From an archaeon (GTDB lineage Archaea > Iainarchaeota > Iainarchaeia > Iainarchaeales > 1-14-0-10-31-34), in NCBI GenBank assembly GCA_043819075.1, contig JBDRFE010000009.1, positions 1-17,545 on the forward strand: a stretch of DNA of 17,545 nt, given 5' to 3'. The stretch's first letter is position 1. Every line of letters starts with the position of its first letter. This document shows positions 7,350-16,135 of this stretch, piece by piece. Made by a program: the position numbers and the translations under genes. The notes beneath the pieces were generated by a model. It was not told where the DNA came from, ran no database searches, and was given only the letters and a program-made list of their open reading frames with translations.

Positions 7350-8183
7350 GTGAGTGCCTTCCAGTTCAGTTCTGATTTTATTTTGGATAGGCATCTCTCG
7401 TTTGTTGGTTTTGGAAGAATTTCTCAGGCTTTATGCAAAGGCATGCTTTCTTCTGGAGTTAAACTGGACAATATTTTTGTTTCAGATACTGATTTAAGTA
7501 AAGCTATTGAAGCAAAAGAACTTGGATTAAATTTTAGTTCAAGCAATGCTGATGCCGCAAAGTTTGCTGAAATAATTTTTTTGTGCGTTAAGCCAGACAA
7601 AGCTTTAAGCGTTTTAAGGGAAATTTCGCCTTTTCTGGGAAAAAATCATATTCTTGTTTCTGTTGCAGCAGGAATCAGCTTACAGCAGTTAAATTCTGTT
7701 GTTTCCTGTAAGACAGTAAGGCTAATGCCAAATTTAGGGGTTTCATGCAATAAAGGAGTAATTGCTTTTGCTTTTGGCTCTGGTTTCAGCTCAAAAGACA
7801 AAAAAATTGTTTTAGGAATTCTTGAAGGAATTGGCTTATGCCTTGAAGCAAAAGAAAATGAATTTGACTTGATTACTGCTGTCTCTGGCTGTGGCCCTGC
7901 ATTCTGGGCTTTCCTGATTAGTGAAACAGTTAAGGCAGCTGAATTAAACGGCTTAAGCAAAACAAAATCAAGAAAACTTGTTTTGGCTTCGCTGAATGGA
8001 ACTCTTGGAATTTTAATGCGGGAAGGGATTTCAGAAGAACAGTTAATTGAATTGGTTTCTTCTCCGGGCGGAGTAACAGAAAAAGAACTGGATGTTTTAA
8101 GGAATTCTTTTCTTAAAAAAGTTTTTTCTGATGCATTAAAGGCTGGAATAAAAAAGTCAGGGGGAATTGACAGTGAAAAGTAA
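7350..8183 (+). CDS. proC: Pyrroline-5-carboxylate reductase
   Basis: FVGFGRI Rossmann motif, FLCVKP, VSVAAG, VRLMPN, TAVSGCGPA, VSSPGGVT. Confidence 0.95.
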   Translation: MSAFQFSSDFILDRHLSFVGFGRISQALCKGMLSSGVKLDNIFVSDTDLSKAIEAKELGLNFSSSNADAAKFAEIIFLCVKPDKALSVLREISPFLGKNHILVSVAAGISLQQLNSVVSCKTVRLMPNLGVSCNKGVIAFAFGSGFSSKDKKIVLGILEGIGLCLEAKENEFDLITAVSGCGPAFWAFLISETVKAAELNGLSKTKSRKLVLASLNGTLGILMREGISEEQLIELVSSPGGVTEKELDVLRNSFLKKVFSDALKAGIKKSGGIDSEK

Positions 8184-9381
8184 TGCGATTGCCCTGGCAG
8201 AAGAATTTGGCGCAAGAAATTATGCGCCATTACCTGTTGTAATAACTAAAGCGCAAGGCTGCTGGGCTGAAGACGAGAACAAAAAAAAATATTTTGACTG
8301 CCTTAGCGCTTACTCTGCTTTAAACCACGGCCACAGGCATAAAAGAATTGTTGCTGCAGCAAAAAAGCAATTGGATTTGCTTACTCTTACTTCACGGGCT
8401 TTTCATAACAATCTTTTAGGCGAATTCATGAAAGAATTAGTGCTTGTGTCCGGCTTGGAAAAGGCTTTGCCGATGAATTCCGGTGCAGAAGCAGTTGAAA
8501 CCGCAATAAAGGCTGCAAGAAAATGGGGTTATTCAGTTAAAGGAATTGAAGACGGAAAAGCAGTTATTATTGCATGCAAAAATAATTTTCACGGAAGGAC
8601 TACAACTATTGTTGGCTTTTCTTCTGAAGAACAATACAAAAAAGGTTTTGGCCCTTTCTGTAACGGCTTTAAATTAATTGACTTCAATGATGTTGATGCT
8701 TTAGAAAAAGCAATAGATAAAAACACTGTCGGCTTTTTGCTTGAACCAGTTCAAGGCGAAGGGGGAATAATTTTTCCTTCAGACGGTTACTTAAAAAAAG
8801 TAAGAAAAATTTGTTCTGAAAAAAATGTTCTTTTAATTTTGGATGAAATTCAGACTGGTTTTGGAAGAACTGGAAAAATGTTTGCTTTCCAGCATGAAAA
8901 CATTAAGCCAGATATATTAATTGTCGGAAAAGCTTTGGGTGGGGGAATAATTCCTGTTTCTGCAATGATTTCTTCTGCAGAAGTAATGAATGTTTTCCAG
9001 CCAGGAGACCATGGAAGCACTTTTGGTGGCAATCCCGTGGCTTGCGCTGTTGGAATTGAATCAATCAAGGTAATACAGGAAGAATCATTGTGCGAGAAAA
9101 GCAGAATTAATGGAGAATATTTTTTAAGCCAGCTTAAAAAAATTAATTCTGTCTCCATTAAAGAAATAAGAGGCAAAGGCTTATTCATCGGAATTGAAAT
9201 AAAAAAAGAGATTTCAACTGCAAAACCTTTTTGTTTGCAGCTTTTAGGAAAAGGAGTTTTATGCAAGGAAACCCATGAACAGGTTATAAGGCTGGCTCCG
9301 CCTTTGATTGCTTCAAAACAAGAGCTTGACTGGGTGATTAAAAGAATCAGGGAAGTTTTTGAATCGCCAAACAAAATTTAA
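8167..9381 (+). CDS. rocD: Ornithine--oxo-acid transaminase
   Basis: NYAPLPVV, DCLSAYSALNHGH, LTLTSRAF, PMNSGAEAVETAIK, EPVQGEGG, DEIQTGFGRTG, GKALGGG, HGSTFGGNP. Exact start uncertain (TTG or GTG). Confidence 0.95.
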   Translation: MTVKSNAIALAEEFGARNYAPLPVVITKAQGCWAEDENKKKYFDCLSAYSALNHGHRHKRIVAAAKKQLDLLTLTSRAFHNNLLGEFMKELVLVSGLEKALPMNSGAEAVETAIKAARKWGYSVKGIEDGKAVIIACKNNFHGRTTTIVGFSSEEQYKKGFGPFCNGFKLIDFNDVDALEKAIDKNTVGFLLEPVQGEGGIIFPSDGYLKKVRKICSEKNVLLILDEIQTGFGRTGKMFAFQHENIKPDILIVGKALGGGIIPVSAMISSAEVMNVFQPGDHGSTFGGNPVACAVGIESIKVIQEESLCEKSRINGEYFLSQLKKINSVSIKEIRGKGLFIGIEIKKEISTAKPFCLQLLGKGVLCKETHEQVIRLAPPLIASKQELDWVIKRIREVFESPNKI

Positions 9382-9406
9382 ATTCAATTAATGATTAAAT
9401 TTTGTT

Positions 9407-10054
9407 ATGGCTGACTTTTTTCTTGAAAGAAAAAAACTTGTGTTAAATTTAATTGATTCCGGTGCAGTCAAGTCAAAAGAAGTTGAAAACGCTTTCCTTG
9501 AAGTAAAAAGAGAAGAATTTTTTCCAGAAGAAATTAAATCAAATGCGTACATTGATGAGGCTTTTCCGATTGGCTTTAGCCAGACTATTTCCCAGCCATA
9601 CACTATTGCTGTGATGCTTGAAATGCTTAAAGCCGGAAAAGAAATGAAAGTCCTTGATGTAGGATTTGGCTCTGGCTACACTGCGTGCCTGCTTTCAGAA
9701 ATTGTTGGAAAAAAAGGAAAAGTTATTGCAGTAGAATTAGTTAAAGAACTTTTTGAGAAAGCAAAATCAAATTCTGAAATAAAGAAAAGAAAAAACATTT
9801 CACTGGTTCAGGAAGACGTATTAAAAAAAAAGTTTTCAGAAAAATTTGACAGAATTCTTGTTTCTGCTGCCTGCCCTTTTCTGCCGAAAAACCTGTTTGA
9901 TTCATTAAAAGAAAAAGGAATTGCAGTTGCCCCGGTAGGAGACAGTTTTTCGCAGAGAATTCAGTCAGTAATGAAATTCAACGGCAAGCCCTTGAAAAAA
10001 GATTTTCTTGAAGGCTTGTTTGTTTTTGTTCCCCTGCGGGGAAGCTTTGAATAA
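9407..10054 (+). CDS. pcm: Protein-L-isoaspartate O-methyltransferase
   Basis: AYIDEAFPIG, QTISQPY, VLDVGFGSGY, FDRILVSAA, FVFVPL. Confidence 0.95.
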   Translation: MADFFLERKKLVLNLIDSGAVKSKEVENAFLEVKREEFFPEEIKSNAYIDEAFPIGFSQTISQPYTIAVMLEMLKAGKEMKVLDVGFGSGYTACLLSEIVGKKGKVIAVELVKELFEKAKSNSEIKKRKNISLVQEDVLKKKFSEKFDRILVSAACPFLPKNLFDSLKEKGIAVAPVGDSFSQRIQSVMKFNGKPLKKDFLEGLFVFVPLRGSFE

Positions 10055-10058
10055 AAAA

Positions 10059-11369
10059 TCACTTGATTTTCTTTTCAATTTCTTTTTCTATTTCCCCTGC
10101 ATTAATTTCTTCTAAATCGTATCTTACTCTGATTATTTTTTTGTTTGATTTCACTATCTTGCTTAAGTCAATCGGCGTGCCGCTTAAAACATAGTCGCAG
10201 TCAGCTTTGTTGATTGTTTCTTCCAAGTCTTTGATTTGTTTTTCTCCATAGCCCATTGCAGGCAGGATGTTTTTCAAATGACTGTATTTTTCAAATGTTT
10301 TTTTGATTGATTCAACTGCAATCGGTTTTGGGTCAATTGGTATTGCCCCCTGCTGTTGTGCCATAAAAGTTGCTGCACCAGTATTCATTCCTCCGTGAGT
10401 TAAAGTCGGGCCGTCTTCTACTACTAAAACTTTTTTTCCTTTCAAGTCAACTTCTTCATCTAAAATCAGTTTGGAATTGCATTCAATTATTTTTGCTTTA
10501 GGGTTCCATTTCCTGATGTTTTGTTTAAGTTTTTCCACTTCAGTTTTTTCTGCGGTGTTGACTTTATTTATTATTATTGCATCTGCCATCAAAAAGTTTG
10601 CCATTCCAGGATGATAGCTTAATTCATGCCCTGTTCGAAAAGGGTCTGCGACAACAAACAACAAGTCTGTTTTATAGAAACTGAATTCATTGTTGCCTCC
10701 GTCCCATAAAATTATTTCAGCTTCTTTTTCTGCTTTCCTGATTATTTTTTCATAATCAACCCCTGCATATAATACATTTCCTTTTTCTATGTGGGGTTCA
10801 AATTCTTCCATTTCTTCTATAGTGCATTTGTTTTTTTCCATGTCCTCATATTTTTCAAATCTCATGGCTGATTGTTCAACTAAATTCCCGTAAGGCATTG
10901 GCTCTCTGATTACAACAAACTTTTTTCCTTGTTTTTTAAGTATTTCAGCAATATATCTTGTTGTCTGGCTTTTCCCGCAGCCGGTTCTCACGGCATTAAC
11001 TGCAATAACTGGTTTAGAGCTTTTTAACTGCATTGCTTTTGGCCCAAGCAATTCAAATGAAGCTCCTGTGCTTAAAACTCTTGAAGCCCTTGTCATCACA
11101 TAAGGAAAAGGCAAATCAGAATAAGAAAGAAAAACAATATCAACATTTTTTTCTTTGATTAGTTTTTCCAGTTTTTCTTCTGATTCAATTGGGATTCCAT
11201 GCGGATAAAGCTTTCCTGCAAGTTCTTTTGGGTAAACCCTTCCATCTATTCCAGGAATTTGTGTTGCAGTAAAACATACTACTTCAAATTCTTCGTTGTC
11301 TCTAAAAAAAGTGTTAAAGTCGTGAAAATCCCTTCCTGCGGCTCCCATTATAATTGCTTTTTTTTTCAT
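10059..11369 (-). CDS. COG2403 P-loop protein, arginine synthetase (ArcE)-like; often annotated as GTPase or cDPG synthase
   Basis: IMGAAGRDFHDFN, FTATQIPGIDGRVYP, RTGCGKSQT, PMPYG, WDGGNN, VEDGPTLTHGGM, LPAMGYG are hallmarks of the family. Confidence 0.85.
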   Translation of the reverse strand: MKKKAIIMGAAGRDFHDFNTFFRDNEEFEVVCFTATQIPGIDGRVYPKELAGKLYPHGIPIESEEKLEKLIKEKNVDIVFLSYSDLPFPYVMTRASRVLSTGASFELLGPKAMQLKSSKPVIAVNAVRTGCGKSQTTRYIAEILKKQGKKFVVIREPMPYGNLVEQSAMRFEKYEDMEKNKCTIEEMEEFEPHIEKGNVLYAGVDYEKIIRKAEKEAEIILWDGGNNEFSFYKTDLLFVVADPFRTGHELSYHPGMANFLMADAIIINKVNTAEKTEVEKLKQNIRKWNPKAKIIECNSKLILDEEVDLKGKKVLVVEDGPTLTHGGMNTGAATFMAQQQGAIPIDPKPIAVESIKKTFEKYSHLKNILPAMGYGEKQIKDLEETINKADCDYVLSGTPIDLSKIVKSNKKIIRVRYDLEEINAGEIEKEIEKKIK

Positions 11370-11436
11370 TTAATTCCCCCTTTGATTTCTTGCTTATGCG
11401 TTAATTATACTGGAATGTTTTTTTATTTTTTAGCTT

Positions 11437-12054
11437 TTAGTTTTCCCAGATTTCTTTTTTGTCTTCGCCTTTTTCGTGTTTTTCAACTTCTTCCATCATG
11501 TTTTCCTGTTCTGTTTTAAGCTTTGTCTTCTCAAAAAAAGGCTTTACAAGCAATAGCACAATCATTAGAATCACGTCTACTGCAATAATGAAAATGAAGA
11601 ATTCATATTTCATTAAGACAAGATATCCTAACAAAAGCATTCGCAGGAATATTACTGTAGAAGAATGGCTTATGCCCCAGTATTTTTTATAGAATAAGCC
11701 GTAAGCAATAAGGGCTGAAAGGATTACAAAAATTAACATTACAAGCAGCGGAATGAATTCAGGCCCTGCCATTGAATACTTTTTTGCTGGAACCAAAAGA
11801 AAAAAATAAAGCAGTTCAATTAAAGAAGTTATTCCAAAGAGCCCTGCAGCAATTTTTGTGATGATAGGGTTTCCATTGTTTTCTTTCCCTTTATTGTTTT
11901 CTTCCCCTTTTTCCAGTTCCCTGTTAACTTCTTCCAGCAGCCTTAAAGGATAGCCTGCGAGCTCCAAAAACTTTATTATGTCTTTTTCCCGCATTCCCTG
12001 TTTTTTTTTCATGAGAATGCTTTTTTTTATTTCTTCATAGTCTGTTTCAACCAT
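11437..12054 (-). CDS. Hypothetical membrane protein (~4 TM)
   Basis: Charged N-terminus, four hydrophobic stretches; 3 nt downstream of the previous gene in the fen unit. Confidence 0.75.
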   Translation of the reverse strand: MVETDYEEIKKSILMKKKQGMREKDIIKFLELAGYPLRLLEEVNRELEKGEENNKGKENNGNPIITKIAAGLFGITSLIELLYFFLLVPAKKYSMAGPEFIPLLVMLIFVILSALIAYGLFYKKYWGISHSSTVIFLRMLLLGYLVLMKYEFFIFIIAVDVILMIVLLLVKPFFEKTKLKTEQENMMEEVEKHEKGEDKKEIWEN

Positions 12055-12057
12055 TTT

Positions 12058-12978
12058 TTATTCCTTTTTTGTAACGAAAACTATTTCGTTTTCAAATTCA
12101 ATTCTTGCATTCAAATAAAGGGAATTCTCCTTAATAAACTTTTTTATGGCAGAGGTTTCCCTGAAAGCAATTTTTTCTTTTTTTGTCATTGATTCTTTTG
12201 AGGCACTCAGTATAATCCATTCAGCGGGAATAATGTCAATCAAATTTTTTGTCACCCCTTTTTTTTCCCTTTCCATTACAGGAATCAGTTTCAGCAAAAA
12301 TGCAACATCAAATTCTTTTCCGTTGTTTGCTTCAATTAATTCATTTCTTGAATCAAAATCTGTTTCCATTAAATTCAATTGAATGCCTTTTCCTTTTATT
12401 TCAGAGTATTTTTCAATCAAAGAAAAATAAGAGTTTATTCCTTCAATGTATTCTTTTTTGAATTCTGTTCCGACAAAAAAAAGTTTTTTCAGTTTCATGA
12501 AAGGAACAGAAAAGTAATTGAATCCGGTGGAAACATCAAGAATTGTTTCAGGCTTTCCGGTTACGGCAAAAATTTTTTCATAGAATTTTTCATAAGAAGA
12601 AAGCCTTTCTTTTGAAGAAACATGCATTGAAAGAAGCTGTTTGTGCAAACCAAAGGTTTTCTCCAGATTCTTTTTTTTCTCAAGCTCTTCTTTTAATTCA
12701 GCAAACTTTTTTTCAATTTCTTCAGCGCTTTCATGCTTGTACTGCCTTAAAAAAAAATAAATTTTTTTCTTTGTTTTTTTCATCAAACTCTTATATTCCT
12801 TCCATTTCCTGAAATTCTTTTTTTCAAAAAACTCCATGACGTTTTCGGTGAATTTCCTGTTCTTGAATGCTTCTTCAAGAAAAAAGCTTTCAGCCTGTTC
12901 AGCTGAAACCTTATATCTTTTCAGGATTTCTTCAACAGAGTCTTTTACAACTTTTTCAGGGACAAGCTTTGTGTTCAT
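12058..12978 (-). CDS. FmrO/ArmA/Rmt-like rRNA methyltransferase
   Basis: HVSSKERL (cf. HxSTxERL), FYEKIF, ILDVSTGFN, DVAFLLKLIPVME, FENEIVFV. ATG overlaps the fen stop (TAATG). Confidence 0.78.
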   Translation of the reverse strand: MNTKLVPEKVVKDSVEEILKRYKVSAEQAESFFLEEAFKNRKFTENVMEFFEKKNFRKWKEYKSLMKKTKKKIYFFLRQYKHESAEEIEKKFAELKEELEKKKNLEKTFGLHKQLLSMHVSSKERLSSYEKFYEKIFAVTGKPETILDVSTGFNYFSVPFMKLKKLFFVGTEFKKEYIEGINSYFSLIEKYSEIKGKGIQLNLMETDFDSRNELIEANNGKEFDVAFLLKLIPVMEREKKGVTKNLIDIIPAEWIILSASKESMTKKEKIAFRETSAIKKFIKENSLYLNARIEFENEIVFVTKKE

Positions 12979-14003
12979 TAAAACCATTTTCCCAGAGAGC
13001 TTTGCTGGCCTTTTTCTTCAAGCGTTTTTTCAAGCTTTTCAAGCATGTTCTGCACCCTTTCTTTGCTGAACTGGTGTTTTTCATAAAGCAGTTCAATTAC
13101 TTTTTCTTTGTCTGGTGAAGAAAACTTTATTTCAAAGTCTTCATTGTATTCTGGTTCAAGAAAAATTTTTTCTATTTCAGTGAAATCAAATTCAGGCTCA
13201 AAACCAGCCTGTTTTATTATTTCTTCAAAAGAATTATTTTCTTTCACTAATTTTAACGCAGTTTTTGGCCCTATTTTCGGAAACTTTTCATTAAAATCAT
13301 TTCCAATCAATATTGCAATCCACACCAGTTTCTTCCTGTCTATTTCATTTTTTTCAAGAGTCTTTTGAAGTGAAATTTTTTCAGGCAAGGCATCCAAATA
13401 AATATTCCTTCCGGGAACTTTTCTTTTTCCGCCGACAGTAATATTCCTTAACAGAATCGGCGTGCCAAATAACAGTGCATCATAGTCCTGGCTTACACAG
13501 CCAAACAATTTTCCTTTTTCTGCCATCAATGAAATCTGTGCTTCGCCTTCGCTTTTTGCCTGTATTGCAGGCAGTCCCATAAACTCAACTAATTGTTTTG
13601 CTTCTTCAACCATTTCTCTTGAAAGCCTTGAGGTTTGCTGGGCAAACTTTCTTGCTTCCTCTAAATCGCCTTTTTCTTTTGCCTGCTTCATTTTTTTTTC
13701 TGCTTCAGTCCTGATAGCTTTTCTTTTCTCTCTTGTTTTTTCTTTTAATGCATGAGGTTTTCCGTCAAAAACAAAAACCGGCTTTATATTGCGTGAAAGC
13801 AAATTTGTTGTCCTGTAAAACAATCCGGTTAAATGAGAAGTAATGTTTCCTTGTGCATCAGTCAAAGGGCTTCCGTCCTGGCCCCTGATGTTTGAAAGAA
13901 ACTGATACAGAATGTTAAATGAATCTATTCCAAGCAGCCTGTTTTCTAATGCATCCAGATCAATTATTTCTTTTTCAGTTAATTCCCCTATTGCAGTTCC
14001 CAT
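12978..14003 (-). CDS. fen: Flap endonuclease 1
   Basis: LYQFLSNIR, TSHLTGLFYR, PVFVFDG, SEGEAQ, SQDYDALLFG, IGPKTALKL, C-terminal PIP box QSSLGKWF. Start placed at MGTAIGEL. Confidence 0.97.
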   Translation of the reverse strand: MGTAIGELTEKEIIDLDALENRLLGIDSFNILYQFLSNIRGQDGSPLTDAQGNITSHLTGLFYRTTNLLSRNIKPVFVFDGKPHALKEKTREKRKAIRTEAEKKMKQAKEKGDLEEARKFAQQTSRLSREMVEEAKQLVEFMGLPAIQAKSEGEAQISLMAEKGKLFGCVSQDYDALLFGTPILLRNITVGGKRKVPGRNIYLDALPEKISLQKTLEKNEIDRKKLVWIAILIGNDFNEKFPKIGPKTALKLVKENNSFEEIIKQAGFEPEFDFTEIEKIFLEPEYNEDFEIKFSSPDKEKVIELLYEKHQFSKERVQNMLEKLEKTLEEKGQQSSLGKWF

Positions 14004-14081
14004 TTTTCTCGGATAGAACTGTGTTAAAATAAATTTAAAAACCATTGAACAGGAACAGTCTTTTGCCTGTAGTCCTTAAGG

Positions 14082-14215
14082 AAATAGGGCAAATCAGTAA
14101 AATTAGGGGCACTTAACTTCCTTTTTAAACCAAAGCTGAACCAGCTTTGCTATTTTAGTGCGTTTTGCTCCTAAAGTAGCGAATCTGCTCCTAAAGTCAT
14201 TTGTTTGCCCTATTT
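14082..14215. repeat. 134-bp nested inverted-repeat element
   Basis: AAATAGGGCAAA (14082-14093) / TTTGCCCTATTT (14204-14215); TTAGGGGCA (14103-14111); TGCTCCTAAAGT twice (14166-14177, 14186-14197); central hairpin CAAAGCTG-AAC-CAGCTTTG (14131-14149). Confidence 0.8.
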
Positions 14216-14844
14216 TAACTTTTATCATTTTTTTTGAACTTTAGTTTAACATCTATTGTGCTAAATGTTTCATAGTATCTTATTATTCCATTTTTTTCTA
14301 GTTCACTAGGGAGTTCAACGCACTTTTCAGAATTTTGGTGAAGTACATTAAACTTTTCTTTACGTGGCAAAGTCATTCCTGCCTTTAAAGATTTATAAAT
14401 TTCTTGATGTTCAAATTCATAGTTCTTGTTAGGAAGATATAAACAAACTTTTTCAAGGGTAGTGTCTTTTTCCCCTAAATTTTTTATTAAAGTATTTATG
14501 TACAAAAAACCTTGTGAGTCCAAATAGCAAAGCCCTTCGGTCTTTATTAACAATTTGTGTTCTTTGTTAGTAATTTCCTCTTTTTTGTAACCTTTTTCCC
14601 TTTTTTTAATATGCCAATAGTAAGAAACACTAAAAAGTAAAACTCCTGTTAATGTAAAAGTATTAATTCCTATAACTTCCATTTCACCTAATTTAAATGC
14701 ACCAACTGGTAAATCAGTAAAAATATCTAGTATCAGCCCAACAATTGGCAATATTAATCCAAGAAGCATCCCAAATATTAAAATCAAATCAGGAGCCTTT
14801 TCAACAAAATCTTTATGAGATGGCAACGTTATCATTTTTACCAT
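14215..14844 (-). CDS. Hypothetical protein, 2 TM plus beta-rich C-terminal domain
   Basis: 209-aa ORF with two hydrophobic segments near the N-terminus. Confidence 0.7.
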   Translation of the reverse strand: MVKMITLPSHKDFVEKAPDLILIFGMLLGLILPIVGLILDIFTDLPVGAFKLGEMEVIGINTFTLTGVLLFSVSYYWHIKKREKGYKKEEITNKEHKLLIKTEGLCYLDSQGFLYINTLIKNLGEKDTTLEKVCLYLPNKNYEFEHQEIYKSLKAGMTLPRKEKFNVLHQNSEKCVELPSELEKNGIIRYYETFSTIDVKLKFKKNDKS

Positions 14845-15074
14845 CTCCTAAAAACATAAACTGCAAATCCAAAAAGAATTAATGAAATAAACCACAAATT
14901 ATTGTCGTTGATATAAATGTTTACTGCTAAAAGAATTGAAGAAATAATTGCAACCCATTTAGTTACCTTTCTCTCTAATTCAATTGGTAAACCAAAAGCA
15001 CCGTGCCCTGTCATTATTCCACTTTCTAAATTTTCACCCCCTTTTATGTTATTGTTTTTTAACATTTTCCACAC
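14838..15074 (-). CDS. Small hypothetical membrane protein (2 TM); start uncertain, possibly ATG 15014
   Basis: Two hydrophobic segments; stop overlaps the start of the next gene. Confidence 0.55.
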   Translation of the reverse strand: MWKMLKNNNIKGGENLESGIMTGHGAFGLPIELERKVTKWVAIISSILLAVNIYINDNNLWFISLILFGFAVYVFRRW

Positions 15075-15157
15075 CTAGTTATCATTAAGTGTGGCAGAGG
15101 TAAATCTGCCTCATATTTTAGCACTAATTTTTTGTAACAAAAAGTATTTACTTTTAT

Positions 15158-15412
15158 CTAATTTATTTCCTTCAGTTTTCGTGCAGTGCTCTTCCCTTTT
15201 TCTGTCAAAATGTAAGCAAAAAACTTTCTTTTTTCTTCTTTGATTGGTACAGCTTCAATTAGTTTTAGTTCTTCTAATTCTCTTAATCTTAAAGATAATG
15301 TTGCTTCTCTTGGCAACGATTTCTTTAAATCTTTAAACCTTAATGGAGGCTTGTTCAACATAAAAAGCAATAATTTTACTGTGCCTCTTTTTTCAAAAAA
15401 ACTTAAATCCAT
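15158..15412 (-). CDS. Winged-helix transcriptional regulator (HxlR-like)
   Basis: LRFKDLKK, TLSLRLRELEELKLI, YILTEKG. Start placed at MDLSFF. Confidence 0.85.
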   Translation of the reverse strand: MDLSFFEKRGTVKLLLFMLNKPPLRFKDLKKSLPREATLSLRLRELEELKLIEAVPIKEEKRKFFAYILTEKGKSTARKLKEIN

Positions 15413-15540
15413 AAGAAAAGGTTGTTTGCAGTCAAATAATACCTTAACTAACAAAAAATAGAGAAACAACAAAAAAAGTAAGTATTATTAAGGGGAAAAA
15501 ACAATATAAAACACTATTAAAAGCAGTCAGGGGTGATTAA

Positions 15541-15726
15541 TTGAACAAAAAAATAATTTTAGCTTTATTTCTACTTTTAGTTTTTTCCATAAGCTTTAGC
15601 GGTTGTACTGTGGCAGAAGAAAAAAATGAAGGAGCATTAACTACAGATAAAACTACTACAACGGTCGGACCAGATGGAATAAAACAAACAAAAAAAACTT
15701 GTCCATTTTGGGATAGAGATTGCTAA
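15541..15726 (+). CDS. Small lipoprotein
   Basis: TTG start after GGGGTGA RBS; signal ending SFSGC; C-terminal CPFWDRDC. Confidence 0.75.
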   Translation: MNKKIILALFLLLVFSISFSGCTVAEEKNEGALTTDKTTTTVGPDGIKQTKKTCPFWDRDC

Positions 15727-15735
15727 GGTAATGAA

Positions 15736-16134
15736 ATGAAGGAAATATTAATTATTGGTTTGATTGGATTAATTCTATTTAGTGCTTGTACTCAACAACA
15801 ACCCCAAAAAGAATATGTGTGTTCTGACGGAACAACAGTCTCTAATCCAGATGCTTGCCCAAAGGAAAAAGAATATACTGGAAGACCTATAGGTACTGAA
15901 GAAATATTTTATGGGCAAAGTTGTAACTTGGGCGATGCACAATGTGGAATCAATACTTTTGTTAGTTATACTAATGGAGAACACATTAGTTTGTCTTTTA
16001 GCTGTGAAAATGGGCAATGTAAGACCACTACAAAAGTAGTGCTATGTAATCCCGAGAGAAACACTCCTTACAACGGATGCACCAACGAAAAACCCATTTG
16101 TATTAATGGAAATGAATGCAGAGAAATGAGATGA
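15736..16134 (+). CDS. Cys-rich lipoprotein
   Basis: Signal LIGLILFSAC; KEYVCSDGTTVSNPDAC motif. Confidence 0.82.
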   Translation: MKEILIIGLIGLILFSACTQQQPQKEYVCSDGTTVSNPDACPKEKEYTGRPIGTEEIFYGQSCNLGDAQCGINTFVSYTNGEHISLSFSCENGQCKTTTKVVLCNPERNTPYNGCTNEKPICINGNECREMR

Positions 16135-16135
16135 A

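Noticed and set aside
6605..9603. Long antisense ORFs (6605-7027, 7646-8230, 8850-9374, 9388-9603)
   Set aside because: Shadow frames of well-supported genes, with Ser/Phe-rich composition typical of reverse frames.
10059..11369. Annotation as cyclic 2,3-diphosphoglycerate synthetase or generic GTPase
   Set aside because: The GAAGRDFH N-terminus and proC/rocD neighbourhood fit the arginine synthetase-like subfamily better; no 2-phosphoglycerate kinase nearby. Not fully excluded without a tree.
11199..13368. Cluster of short plus-strand ORFs
   Set aside because: All antisense to confident minus-strand genes; no recognisable motifs.
14166..14197. TGCTCCTAAAGT direct repeat as a CRISPR remnant
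   Set aside because: Only two 12-bp copies with an 8-nt spacer; no cas genes in the window.
15093..15110. Hairpin GGCAGA-N6-TCTGCC
   Set aside because: Isolated 6-bp stem; no second copy found.
15240..16017. ORFs 15240-15461 (+) and 15775-16017 (-)
   Set aside because: Antisense to the wHTH and lipoprotein genes.
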